A stretch of DNA of 64,000 nt from an uncultured Chloroflexia bacterium (GTDB lineage Bacteria; Chloroflexota; Chloroflexia; Thermomicrobiales; UBA6265), in NCBI GenBank assembly GCA_963741965.1, contig CAVUKC010000002.1:2345869-2409868 (forward strand), in the 5' to 3' direction. Of the stretch, positions 9,182-17,914 are shown piece after piece; within the stretch, counting starts at the first letter, position 1, and each line of letters begins with the position of its first letter. Made by a program: the position numbers and the translations under genes. The notes under the pieces were generated by a model that did no database searches, was not told the DNA's origin, and saw only the letters and a program-made list of their open reading frames with translations.

Positions 9182-9489
9182 GTAGGGGCGGACCTCGTGT
9201 CCGCCCGAATGGCGTCGCAACTGCCAACCGGACTTGCCGCCAGCCGCCTCCTCGTCATCCTGAGCCGTGATCCGGCGCAGCCGGTCGCGTGTCGAAGAGC
9301 CTGTCCTGAGCGAGGGCCGGAGGCCCGAGTCGAATGGAGTCCCCGCGCGAAGCGCCGGCAGCGCAGGCTGCCGCATGTCCAGTTGCCACCATTGCACCTG
9401 GATTCTGCCCTGCGGGCAGCGGCTCCGCCGGGGGATCCTTCGACACGTCTCGGCGCTGTCGCGCCTCATCGGCTCAGGATGACAGACTC
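9182..9489. repeat. Composite REP-like intergenic repeat (hairpin module plus CTGCCCTGCGG.. and GCTCAGGATGACAG modules)
   Basis: It starts with GTAGGGGCGGACCTCGTGTCCGCCC (8-bp stem GGGCGGAC/GTCCGCCC). Internal gtcatcctgagcc and ggctcaggatgacag lie in opposite orientations. The segment ttctgccctgcgggcagcggctccgccgggggatccttcgaca matches 45080-45130 and 36965-37020. Confidence 0.7.
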
Positions 9490-10662
9490 CTACCAGTCCG
9501 TGACGGAGGCGTCGTCTCGGTGGAGGAGGCGCAGGTCCGGCGCCTGGTACGGCTGGGCGAGCGCGGCATCCTCGTCGAGCTCGACACCGAGCCCCGGCGA
9601 GCCGCCGCTGTAGAGGTTGCCGCCCTCCAGCCGCATGTCCGTCTTCACCACGTTTGCGATCACATCCGGCCGCCAGACCAGCTCCTGCACCGCGAACAGC
9701 GGCGTCGAGAGGTCGAAGTGCAGGCATGCCGCCGTCGACACCGGTCCGAGCGGGTTGTGCGGCGCCTGCTCGATGTAGTGCGTCTCGCACCACGCCGCCA
9801 CCTTCTTCGCCTCGGTGAGTCCGCCACAGATGCAGAGGTCGACGCGGCAGTAGTCCATCAGGTCCTGCTCGATCAGCGTCTGCCAGTCCCACTTGCTCGA
9901 CAGCTGCTCGCCGGTCGCGATCGGCGCCGAGATGTGCTGCCGCAGGTAGCCGAACAGCGAGGCGTTCTCGGCGCGGAGCGGGTCCTCGACGAAGAACGGG
10001 CGCATCGGCTCCAGCGCGCGGGCCATCTGGATCGCGTAGGTCGGCGTCGTGCGCTGGTGGAAGTCGACGCAGATCTCGATCTCCGGGCCGAGCGCCTCGC
10101 GCAGCGCCGCGAAGGCGTCGACCGTCCACTGCATCGCCTTCGCCTGCTCGTAGATGCCCTCGCGCTCGCCGCTGCTGCCCTCGCCGGCGCCGTAGCGGAC
10201 GAACTGCCAGCCCTCGGCAACCCGCTCCTTCGCGAGCGCGACCATGCTGTCGATGCCGGCCTGGCCGTCCGACCCGCCGCGCTGCTGCACGTGACAGTAG
10301 CAGCGGGCGTAGTCACGCGTCTTGCCGCCGAGCAGGTCGTAGACCGGCACCCCGAGCGCCTTGCCGCGGAGGTCCCACAGCGCGATGTCGATCGCCGCCA
10401 GCGCGCCCGCATGGACGTGCCCGCCGCGGAAGAACTGGCCGCGCCAGAGCGTCTGCCAGATGTGCTCGATGCGGCTCGGGTCCATGCCGATCAGGTGCGG
10501 CCGCCAGGTCTCGATCAGCCCGCTGATCGCCAGCTCCTTGCCGTTGATGCCGGACTCGCCAAGCCCGGTCACGCCCTCGTCGGTGTAGATCTTCACGAAG
10601 GTGAAGTTGCGGCCGCGCTCGGGCGCGTGGACGATGAACGTCCGGACGTCGGTGATCCTCAT
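9490..10662 (-). CDS. Enolase-superfamily enzyme, D-mannonate/galactonate-dehydratase-like (mandelate racemase / muconate lactonizing family)
   Basis: True start is MRITDVRTFIV, with GGAGGT upstream. AIDIALWDLRGKALGVPVYDLLGG, and the metal ligands in VDFH, EDP and TGE contexts. The N-terminal 118 aa of listed ORF 9490..11019 are non-coding read-through. Confidence 0.9.
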   Translation of the reverse strand: MRITDVRTFIVHAPERGRNFTFVKIYTDEGVTGLGESGINGKELAISGLIETWRPHLIGMDPSRIEHIWQTLWRGQFFRGGHVHAGALAAIDIALWDLRGKALGVPVYDLLGGKTRDYARCYCHVQQRGGSDGQAGIDSMVALAKERVAEGWQFVRYGAGEGSSGEREGIYEQAKAMQWTVDAFAALREALGPEIEICVDFHQRTTPTYAIQMARALEPMRPFFVEDPLRAENASLFGYLRQHISAPIATGEQLSSKWDWQTLIEQDLMDYCRVDLCICGGLTEAKKVAAWCETHYIEQAPHNPLGPVSTAACLHFDLSTPLFAVQELVWRPDVIANVVKTDMRLEGGNLYSGGSPGLGVELDEDAALAQPYQAPDLRLLHRDDASVTDW

Positions 10663-10852
10663 GGTGCGGCACCTCCGGTGCTGATGTCGGGGACGGCTGG
10701 TATGTGCCGCATTGTGTCGCCGGGGACAGAAGCGGTCAACGGCAGGCGGCGGACTTGACATCGCGGTGCGGGCGGGGTCGAATGCCGGCACCGGAAGCTG
10801 CGAGCCGCCTGAGCGCGGTGTCGCGTCCTCGCCTCGACACAAGGAGCTCATC

Positions 10853-11671
10853 GTGGTTGCACGCGCAGTATCGAGCTGGTCACTCCACCGCACGCTGGGC
10901 CGCTTCGTGGCTGATGACTCCGCCGCGCGCGGTGGGAAGTTCATGGACACTCCGGCATCGACGGAGGGACTCTCCCTGCTTGAGCTCCCTGCCGCGCTTC
11001 GCGAGCACGGGTACGACACGCTGCAAATCGTCCACTTTCACATCCCGTCGCGCGAGCCGGCGTACCTGGCCGAGCTGCGGGCGGCACTGGCCGAGTCGAA
11101 CATCACCCTCGACGCGCTGCTGGTCGACGACGGCGACCTGACGGCTCCCGATGCCGATGCGGCGGAGCATTGGATCGGCGAGTGGCTGGATGCGGCGGTC
11201 GCGCTTGGCGCGAGGCGAGCGCGTGTCGCGGCAGGGAAGGCGGACCCGACCCCGGAGACGATCCGCGAGAGCGGGACGAGGCTCGCCCGGCTGGCCGCGA
11301 GCCACCCCGACGTCCGCGTGGTGACCGAAAACTGGTGGGGAATGCTCCCGGACGCCGATGCGGTGCACGCGCTGCTGGAGCAGACCGGGGATTCGGTGGG
11401 GTTGCTGATCGACCTCGGCAACTGGAGCGGTCCCGACAAGTACGACCAGCTGGCGCGGATCGCCCCGCTCGCCGAGACCTGCCATGCCAAGTGCCGGTTC
11501 ACCGAGAGCGGTCCGGATCGCGAGGACTACCGGAAGACGTTGCAGGTGCTGGCGGACGCGGGGTACGACGGGCCGCTGGCGCTGATCTACGATGGGCCGG
11601 ACGACGACGAGTGGGGCTGCCTCGACGTCGAGTACGGCATCGTCACCGAGGTGTTCGGCCAGCACCCGTAG
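10853..11671 (+). CDS. Sugar phosphate isomerase/epimerase (xylose-isomerase-like TIM barrel)
   Basis: AAGGAG lies 6 nt before the GTG at 10853. Family-like pattern (VVTENW, LIDLGNW, ETCHAKCRF). Its TAG stop is embedded in a REP hairpin. Confidence 0.8.
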   Translation: MVARAVSSWSLHRTLGRFVADDSAARGGKFMDTPASTEGLSLLELPAALREHGYDTLQIVHFHIPSREPAYLAELRAALAESNITLDALLVDDGDLTAPDADAAEHWIGEWLDAAVALGARRARVAAGKADPTPETIRESGTRLARLAASHPDVRVVTENWWGMLPDADAVHALLEQTGDSVGLLIDLGNWSGPDKYDQLARIAPLAETCHAKCRFTESGPDREDYRKTLQVLADAGYDGPLALIYDGPDDDEWGCLDVEYGIVTEVFGQHP

Positions 11672-11692
11672 GGACCGACCTTGTGTCGGTCC
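11668..11692. repeat. REP-like hairpin variant GTAGGGACCGACCTTGTGTCGGTCC
   Basis: Same architecture as 9182, 36905 and 45014, with compensating changes in both arms (GGACCGAC/GTCGGTCC). It contains the stop codon of the upstream gene and probably doubles as a terminator. Confidence 0.65.
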
Positions 11693-11749
11693 GAAGTGCA
11701 GAGCCCTGCTCGCAACGATCATCACCGTTTGAAATTAGGACAGAGCCAG

Positions 11750-12790
11750 ATGAAGATCACCGCCGTCGAGACGACGTTGCGCGAGGTACCGGTGAAGCAT
11801 CCGTTCCGATGGCGCGAGGGTCTGCCCGGCTCCGGCACGAGCAACGTCGTGATGGACCTCGTGATCCAGACCGACGAGGGCGTCAGCGGTCGCGCCGAGG
11901 TGAGCCACGGCACGATCATGCAGGACATCGTCGACCGTCGGCTGCGCGAGATGCTGGTCGGACGCGATCCGCTGCTGCGGGAGGACCTGTTCAAGCGCGT
12001 GCTGGAGCTCGACCGGCTGGAGGAGATCCCGATCTACGGGCTCGGCGTGGTCGACATCGCGCTGTGGGATCTCGCCGCCAAGGCGGCCGGGCAGCCGCTC
12101 TACAGGGCAATGGGAGGCTATCGCGATCGTATCCCGGCGTACGCCAGCACCGTGACCTACGAGACGGTCGAGGAGTATCTCGACGTCGCCGACCAGTGTC
12201 TCGCGGCCGGGTTCCGGGCGATCAAGCTGCATGCGTGGGGTGACGCCCGCAGGGACGGTCACCTCTGCCAGAAGCTGCGCGAGCACGTCGGCGACGAGAT
12301 CGCGCTGATGTACGACGGCTCGGCCGGGTTCGACCTGGTCGACGCGATCTGGCTGGGCCGCGCGCTCGGCGAGGCGGACTACACCTGGTACGAGGAGCCG
12401 ATGCGGGAGTTCAGCATCGAGTCGTACCGGCGGTTGCGGGAGAAGGTCGAAGTGCCGCTGCTGGTGGGGGAGACGTCGGACGGCATCCACTACAACATCG
12501 CCGACTTCCTCACCTTCGGCGCTGGTGACCTCGTGCGCACCAGCACGCACTACAAGGGTGGCATCACCGGCGGGCTGCGGATCGCGCACCTGGCGGACGC
12601 GTTCAACACCCGCGCCGAGGTCCACGGCGGCGGACTGGCGAACCTGCATCTCGCCTGCGCGATCCCGAACACGACGTGGTACGAGTCGCTGGTGATGAGC
12701 AACCCGATCGTCGTGGAGCCGGGCATCGGGCCGGACGGCATGATCTCGCCGCCGGATGCGCCCGGCATCGGCTGGGACGCCACGCCGTGA
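11750..12790 (+). CDS. Enolase-superfamily enzyme (mandelate racemase / muconate lactonizing family), second paralog
   Basis: MKITAVETT..., VVDIALWDLAAKAAGQPLYRAMGG, KLHAWG, YDGSAG, YEEP, VGE. Confidence 0.9.
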   Translation: MKITAVETTLREVPVKHPFRWREGLPGSGTSNVVMDLVIQTDEGVSGRAEVSHGTIMQDIVDRRLREMLVGRDPLLREDLFKRVLELDRLEEIPIYGLGVVDIALWDLAAKAAGQPLYRAMGGYRDRIPAYASTVTYETVEEYLDVADQCLAAGFRAIKLHAWGDARRDGHLCQKLREHVGDEIALMYDGSAGFDLVDAIWLGRALGEADYTWYEEPMREFSIESYRRLREKVEVPLLVGETSDGIHYNIADFLTFGAGDLVRTSTHYKGGITGGLRIAHLADAFNTRAEVHGGGLANLHLACAIPNTTWYESLVMSNPIVVEPGIGPDGMISPPDAPGIGWDATP

Positions 12791-12844
12791 CGACGAGCTG
12801 AAGCGAGAGCCGGTTCAAACACACCGAAGCCCAACGCTACCTCT

Positions 12845-12889
12845 CGTTTCGAGCGAAGCGGCGCAGCCGCCGCGTGGAGAGATGACAGG
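12845..12889. repeat. REP-like module pair (CGTTTCGAGCGAAGCGG ... GAGAGATGACAGG)
   Basis: Related to the TCGAAATGACAGG modules at 37008, 37049, 40724 and 40871. Confidence 0.5.
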
Positions 12890-12903
12890 CGTGCGCAGCG
12901 TCT

Positions 12904-13293
12904 CTAGTGGCCGTGCTCCGCGGCTTCGGCGGCGTCCGCTTCGGCCTTGGTCTTGTGCACGGTGCCGTCCGGGTGCTCGGGCGGGGAGTAGATCGTGTAG
13001 ACCTGCAGCGGCGTGTCGCTCGAGGTGTTGACGATGTTGTGCTCCGTGCCCTCCGGAATGATGACGATGTCGCCATCGGCCAGCCTGTGGTGCTCGCCGT
13101 TCAGGATCGCCTCGCCCTCTCCGGCTTCCACACGGAAGAATTGGTCGCCATGCTCGTGCGTCTCCGTGCCGATCTCCTCGCCCGGCTGCAGGGTCATCAG
13201 CACCAGCTGGAGGTTCGGCGCGGTGTAGAGCACCTTGCGGAAGTTGGTGTTCGCCAGCGTGTCCTTTTCGATGTTCGTCGTGTACCCGGCCAT
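12904..13293 (-). CDS. Cupin-domain protein
   Basis: Start at MAGYTTNIEKD. Cupin motifs GEEIGTETHEHGDQFFRVEAGEG and GDIVIIPEGTEHN. Confidence 0.85.
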   Translation of the reverse strand: MAGYTTNIEKDTLANTNFRKVLYTAPNLQLVLMTLQPGEEIGTETHEHGDQFFRVEAGEGEAILNGEHHRLADGDIVIIPEGTEHNIVNTSSDTPLQVYTIYSPPEHPDGTVHKTKAEADAAEAAEHGH

Positions 13294-13420
13294 GTGCGTG
13301 CCTTTCGTTGATGCGACATTCCCGTTCCATTGTTGCACCACGGTGGTACCGGGACGTGCAGCACGTTCCACAACGGACGGGTACGATATCCACATGCGAA
13401 AACCTGCCCGTACCTCAAGC

Positions 13421-14227
13421 ATGTCCGAACAGCGACGGTCACGGAAGAGAGGACCACGAGCGCGGTATGGGTACTACCTGCGGTCCGTGTGGTCACTGCT
13501 GGCGGGCTTCAGTCACCCGCTGCGGATCCTGCGCGTGTTCAGCCCGCTGCCGAGGAGCGGCGTCACCACCGTCCGGCTCCGGCGGACCGGCGTGAGTTTT
13601 CGCGTGCGCGGCGCCACCGACGTCTGGAGCGTCAAGGAGACCTGGCTCGACCGCTTCTACGAGCGGTACGGGTTCGTCATCGGGCCAGGCTGGGTGGTGG
13701 TCGACATCGGCGCCGGGATCGGTGAGTTCACCATTCTGGCAGCGCATGATGCCGCGCGGGTGGTCGCGTTCGAGCCCAGCCCGGCGTCGTTCGCGCTGCT
13801 GCGGGAGAACCTCGCGCTCAATGGGGTCACGAGCGTCGATGCCATCGAGGCGGCGGTCGGGGCGACCAGCGGGACGGTCTCGATCGACGTCGATGGCGAT
13901 CCGCTGACGGCGCGGAGCGGAACTGCCACTTCGGGCGGTGTGATGGTGCGGTCGTTCTCGCTGGCGGACGCGATGACGGAGGCGGGGATCGAGCGGGTCG
14001 ACCTGCTCAAGCTCGACTGCGAGGGCGCCGAGTACGACATCCTGCGCGGGGCGGGAAAGGATGTGCTGGCACGGGTCGAGCGGATCGTGATGGAGTACCA
14101 CGACCTCGACGACGCCCACGAGCGCGAGAGCCTGGTGCGGTCCCTGAAGGATGCCGGGTACGAGGTCGAGACATTCCCCAATCCGGTGCACACCTGGACC
14201 GGCTACCTGCGTGCCTGGCGAGCGTAG
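13421..14227 (+). CDS. FkbM-family SAM-dependent methyltransferase
   Basis: VVDIGAGIGEFT (SAM motif I), LLKLDCEGAEYDIL (FkbM signature). An alternative start lies at 13394. Confidence 0.85.
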   Translation: MSEQRRSRKRGPRARYGYYLRSVWSLLAGFSHPLRILRVFSPLPRSGVTTVRLRRTGVSFRVRGATDVWSVKETWLDRFYERYGFVIGPGWVVVDIGAGIGEFTILAAHDAARVVAFEPSPASFALLRENLALNGVTSVDAIEAAVGATSGTVSIDVDGDPLTARSGTATSGGVMVRSFSLADAMTEAGIERVDLLKLDCEGAEYDILRGAGKDVLARVERIVMEYHDLDDAHERESLVRSLKDAGYEVETFPNPVHTWTGYLRAWRA

Positions 14228-14301
14228 ACAGCGAACGTCCCTATCGCTATCAGGCTCCGCCAACCTGGCAATTCGACCGGCTCCCACGACGTGGGTGGAG
14301 T

Positions 14302-14352
14302 GGAGACATCGCGTCATCCCCGGCGCCGTGTCACAAACAACGCGATGTCTCC
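14302..14352 (+). promoter_or_regulatory. Perfect 12-bp inverted repeat (GGAGACATCGCG-N27-CGCGATGTCTCC) upstream of the heliorhodopsin gene
   Basis: Seen directly. It lies 75 nt after the FkbM stop and 83 nt before the heliorhodopsin ATG. It could be a terminator, an RNA structure or a dimeric operator. Confidence 0.35.
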
Positions 14353-14434
14353 ACGCGAGAGCCTGATGGTCGGGTTTGACAGGCCCAACTGGTACGATGG
14401 TGCTGAGGATTCCGATCGAGACAGGAGCACCGCC

Positions 14435-15229
14435 ATGGCGCAGCACGCAGGTACCGTCGACACCGCCGCCGATGTCGGGAATGCCGCCGGCAGTCTCCGC
14501 GTCTACAACCTCGTGATCGGGCTGATCCACCTCGCCCAGGCGATCGCCATGCTCTGGCTCAGCAACGACTTCACGCTGCCGGTCACGCGAACCTTCCTCA
14601 CCGGCCCGCCGGGCACCGCACCTTCGCAGGAGGCGTGGTTCGACGTGCGGCTCGGCCCGGCGGTGGCGGCGTTCCTGTTCATGGCGGCGATCGACCACCT
14701 GCTGATGGCCGCGCCGGGCGTGAACCGCTGGTACAACAGCATGCTGGCGCGGGAGCGTAACGATGCCCGCTGGATCGAGTACTCGGTGAGCGCGTCGCTG
14801 ATGATCGTGCTGATTGCGATGATCACCGGTGTCTCCGACATCGGCGCGCTGATCGCGATCGCCGGTGTCAACGCCTCGATGATCTTCTTCGGGCTGCTGC
14901 AGGAGGTCTTCACCAGCCCGAGCGACCGCCGCGTGAACTGGATGCCGTACATCTACGGCTGCTTCGCCGGGGCGGTGCCGTGGGCGATCGTGGCGCTGCA
15001 GGTCGCGTCTTCCGAGGATCGCGGCGCGGGTCCGCCGACCTTCGTCTACGGCATCATCGTCTCGCTCTTCCTGCTCTTCAACTCGTTCGCGGTCAACATG
15101 GTGCTGCAGTACAAGCGGGTGGGGCCGTGGCGGAGCTACGTCTATGGCGAGCGAGCGTACATCCTGGTCAGCCTGGTCGCCAAGTCGCTGCTGGCTTGGC
15201 AGGTGTTCGCGAACATCCTGATCGACTAG
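14435..15229 (+). CDS. Heliorhodopsin (7-TM retinal protein, inverted topology family)
   Basis: AGGAG lies 7 nt before the ATG at 14435. Blocks RWIEYSVSASLMIVLIA, GVNASMIFFGLLQE, FVYGIIVSLFLLFNSFA and GERAYILVSLVAKSLLAWQVF. Schiff-base Lys K250, Glu E115, His H32 and H88. Confidence 0.9.
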   Translation: MAQHAGTVDTAADVGNAAGSLRVYNLVIGLIHLAQAIAMLWLSNDFTLPVTRTFLTGPPGTAPSQEAWFDVRLGPAVAAFLFMAAIDHLLMAAPGVNRWYNSMLARERNDARWIEYSVSASLMIVLIAMITGVSDIGALIAIAGVNASMIFFGLLQEVFTSPSDRRVNWMPYIYGCFAGAVPWAIVALQVASSEDRGAGPPTFVYGIIVSLFLLFNSFAVNMVLQYKRVGPWRSYVYGERAYILVSLVAKSLLAWQVFANILID

Positions 15230-15370
15230 CCGCTCGCCAGTGGGTGGCGAATGGTTCTCGCGCCACCGATGTGCGAAGTGATTCACAGGATGGGGCCGTG
15301 ACGCCGTCGCGGTGCGTCTACCATGGGCGTGAGCGAGGCGGATTTGCATACAGGGAGGCAGCAGCGCGCT

Positions 15371-16312
15371 ATGGCGGTTCATACCCTCAGCCCGAGCCGG
15401 GAGTCGCTTCACGGGACGTTCTCTTCACGATGGCAGCCGGTGCTGACTATCGACTCAGGTGACTCTGTCGTCGTGGAGACGCTCGATGCCCGCTGGTCGA
15501 TCGAGGACCCGCAGGACGGCGTTCCCGGCAGGCGGTTCGAGCCACGAGACCCGGAGCGCGACAACGGCCACGCGCTCTGCGGACCGATCGCGATTCGTGG
15601 CGCGCAGTCCGGCATGACGCTCGCCGTGCGGATCGACGAGCTGGTGCCTGCTCGATGGGGCTGGACGGTTGCGGGCGGCTGGGACAATGGCATCAACGAG
15701 CGACTCGGGTTTGGTGAGGGCACCGACGACCTGCGCATGATGTGGGATCTCGATCTCGAAACGGGTGTCGGCACGAACCAGTTCGGGCACCGGGTGCGGC
15801 TCGCGCCGTTTTTCGGCGTGATGGGGATGCCGGGGAGCGATCCGGAGCCAGTGCCGTCGCGGCCGGCGCGGGTCAACGGCGGGAATATCGACTGCAAGGA
15901 GCTGACGGTCGGCGCGACGCTCTACCTGCCGATCGCGGTCGAGGGCGGACTCTTCTCGGTCGGCGACGGGCACGCGGCGCAGGGTGACGGCGAGGTGAGC
16001 AGCACGGCCATCGAGTGCCCGATGGCGTCGTCGCGCCTGACGCTGTCCCTGCGGGATGACCTGCCCCTCTCGACGCCGATCGCGCGGACACGGGACGCGT
16101 GGATCACCTTCGGGTTCGATGCCGACCTCAACGAGGCGACGCTGATCGCGCTGGAGGCGATGCTCGACCTGCTGGAGCGGGAGCGCGGGGTGACACGCCT
16201 GCAGGCGCTGGGACTGGCGAGCGTGGCGGTCGATTTCCGCGTGACGCAGATCGTCAACGGCGTGCGCGGCGTCCACGCGATCCTGCGCGACGACGCGGTC
16301 AGCTCTGGATGA
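15371..16312 (+). CDS. Acetamidase/formamidase-family amidohydrolase
   Basis: GPIAIRGAQSGMTLAV, GGNIDCKELTVGATLYLP, GDGHAAQGDGEV, all characteristic FmdA/AmdA blocks. Confidence 0.85.
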   Translation: MAVHTLSPSRESLHGTFSSRWQPVLTIDSGDSVVVETLDARWSIEDPQDGVPGRRFEPRDPERDNGHALCGPIAIRGAQSGMTLAVRIDELVPARWGWTVAGGWDNGINERLGFGEGTDDLRMMWDLDLETGVGTNQFGHRVRLAPFFGVMGMPGSDPEPVPSRPARVNGGNIDCKELTVGATLYLPIAVEGGLFSVGDGHAAQGDGEVSSTAIECPMASSRLTLSLRDDLPLSTPIARTRDAWITFGFDADLNEATLIALEAMLDLLERERGVTRLQALGLASVAVDFRVTQIVNGVRGVHAILRDDAVSSG

Positions 16313-16359
16313 TATCCGTGGAGCGATTTATTCGGAGACTCCGAAGGTTGTGACCGCCG

Positions 16360-16476
16360 CGCGACCACCGGGCTGGAACAGCGCGGCCAGCCCCTACGTT
16401 CCCAATCGGCATTTCCGGCAGGGAATCGATCGGCAATGCGCAGACGACCAAGGCCGAACAGACGCCGGGCACAGGA
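16360..16476. repeat. Intergenic repeat modules CGCGACCACCGGGC and CGGGCACAGGA (left flank of the DegT gene)
   Basis: Exact 14-mer at 16360-16373 and exact 11-mer at 16466-16476. Both recur in the same order and orientation at 17766-17803. Confidence 0.65.
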
Positions 16477-16504
16477 CCCGGCGCTACGGATTGGGAAGGG
16501 CGCG

Positions 16505-17704
16505 TCAGCGCCAGGCGGTGGCGATCTTCCGGAACGCGGCGATCACCTGATCGAGGGTCTCGTCGTCAGCGAGCAGGAGTGTCTGCGGGAGCCAGACGGT
16601 CGTTTCGCCCGCTGCGTCGGCATGTGGGATCGGTCGCTCGGCGGCGTCCGCTCCGAAGCGATCGCGGATCGCCCGCTGGACAGCCTCGATGCGCGGCAGC
16701 GCGATGTAGCCCGCGCTTGCCGGGACGCCCTCGGCCTTGAGCGCCGCGAGGAACGCCGCGCGGTCCCGGTCGCCAAACGCCGCCGGGTCGTAGGTGAGCT
16801 GGTAGAGGTGCCATGCGCAGCGGTTGACGCGCTCGTCGATGCGCAGCGGCGTCAGACCGGGGATTTCCGCCAGCGCTTCGGTCAGGCGGGCGGCGGCGCG
16901 GTCGCGACGATCCATCTGCTCCGGCAGCCGCTCGAGCTGCGCGAGCAGGATCGCCGCCTGCCACTCGGTCATGCGCAGGTTCCGCCCGACCATCGCGTAG
17001 TCGAACATCCCGACACTCTCCGGCGTGCGGCCGGCGTTGTGGATCGACCAGACACGCCCGTGCAGCGTCGCGTCGTTGGTGACGACCGCGCCGCCCTCAC
17101 CGCCGGTGATGTTCTTGCTCTCCTGGAAGCTGAAGCAGCCGAGATCGCCGATGGTGCCGACGCCCTGTCCGTTCCATCGCGCGCCCCACGCCTGGCAGGC
17201 GTCCTCCAGCACGGGCAGCCCGGCACGGCGCGCGACGTCCATCACGCCGTCCATGTCCGACGGCAGCCCGCCGATGTGCACCGGCACGATCGCCTTCGTC
17301 CTCGGGGTGATCGCGGCCTCGATGCACGCCGGGTCGATGGTGTTGGTGGTCGGGTCGATGTCGACGAACACCGGCCGGGCGCCCATGGTGAGAATGGCGC
17401 TGGCGGTGGCGATGAAGGTCCACGCGCTGGTGATCACCTCGCCGCCGGCGCCGACCCCAAGCGCCTCCAGCGCGGCCTCGAGCGCGAGGGTGCCGCTTGG
17501 CGTGCAGACGGCGTGCTCGGCGCCCTGAAACGTGGCGAACTCGGTCTCGAAGCGCTCGACCTTGTCGCCGGTGATCGAGCCCCAGTGGCCGGAATCGAGC
17601 ACCTCGAGCAGCAGCTCGCGCTCGCGGTCGCCGTGGACGGGCCAGGCGGGCATGGTTCCGGTGACGGCTGGCGCGCCGCCGTCGATGGCGAGGGGGTCGG
17701 TCAT
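16505..17704 (-). CDS. DegT/DnrJ/EryC1/StrS-family PLP-dependent sugar aminotransferase
   Basis: Start at MTDPLAIDGG. TPSGTLALEAAL, FVDIDP.T, GCFSFQESKNITGGEGG (PLP lysine context). Confidence 0.9.
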   Translation of the reverse strand: MTDPLAIDGGAPAVTGTMPAWPVHGDRERELLLEVLDSGHWGSITGDKVERFETEFATFQGAEHAVCTPSGTLALEAALEALGVGAGGEVITSAWTFIATASAILTMGARPVFVDIDPTTNTIDPACIEAAITPRTKAIVPVHIGGLPSDMDGVMDVARRAGLPVLEDACQAWGARWNGQGVGTIGDLGCFSFQESKNITGGEGGAVVTNDATLHGRVWSIHNAGRTPESVGMFDYAMVGRNLRMTEWQAAILLAQLERLPEQMDRRDRAAARLTEALAEIPGLTPLRIDERVNRCAWHLYQLTYDPAAFGDRDRAAFLAALKAEGVPASAGYIALPRIEAVQRAIRDRFGADAAERPIPHADAAGETTVWLPQTLLLADDETLDQVIAAFRKIATAWR

Positions 17705-17765
17705 GGTCGCTCCGGTGCATGCTGCGAGATTTGTCACAGCGATCGTTGTGGCGCTACGCGACCAC

Positions 17766-17825
17766 CGGGCGGATACCAGACCTCGGGCACAGGAACCGAG
17801 GCTACAGGAGTCCGCCCATACAGAT
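17766..17825. repeat. Intergenic repeat modules CGCGACCACCGGGC and CGGGCACAGGA plus half a REP hairpin (right flank of the DegT gene)
   Basis: 17766-17779 and 17793-17803 are identical to the modules at 16360 and 16466. They are followed by ggagtccgccc, a half hairpin. Confidence 0.65.
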
Positions 17826-17914
17826 TGTCACCGTTGATTCGGTACCATGTCGGGTGCCGGCAGTTCCCGGCATGATAGGGGTCGCGATGCGTACCGTCGA
17901 GCATTGGAGATGAC

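Noticed and set aside
9182-9489. Possible CRISPR array or mobile element, suggested by the repeated GGGCGGAC...GTCCGCCC hairpins.
   Set aside because: The copies are dispersed across the window, irregularly spaced, in both orientations and degenerate. There are no uniform spacers, cas genes or transposase. I treat them as REP-like repeats.
9490-12790. The SDR / enolase / isomerase / enolase cluster as something novel.
   Set aside because: It looks like an ordinary sugar-acid catabolic cluster of well-known families. Only the substrate is unknown.
14376-14398. Sigma-70-like promoter TTGACA / TACGAT upstream of the heliorhodopsin gene.
   Set aside because: The hexamers are separated by only 11 nt, far from the 16-18 nt optimum.
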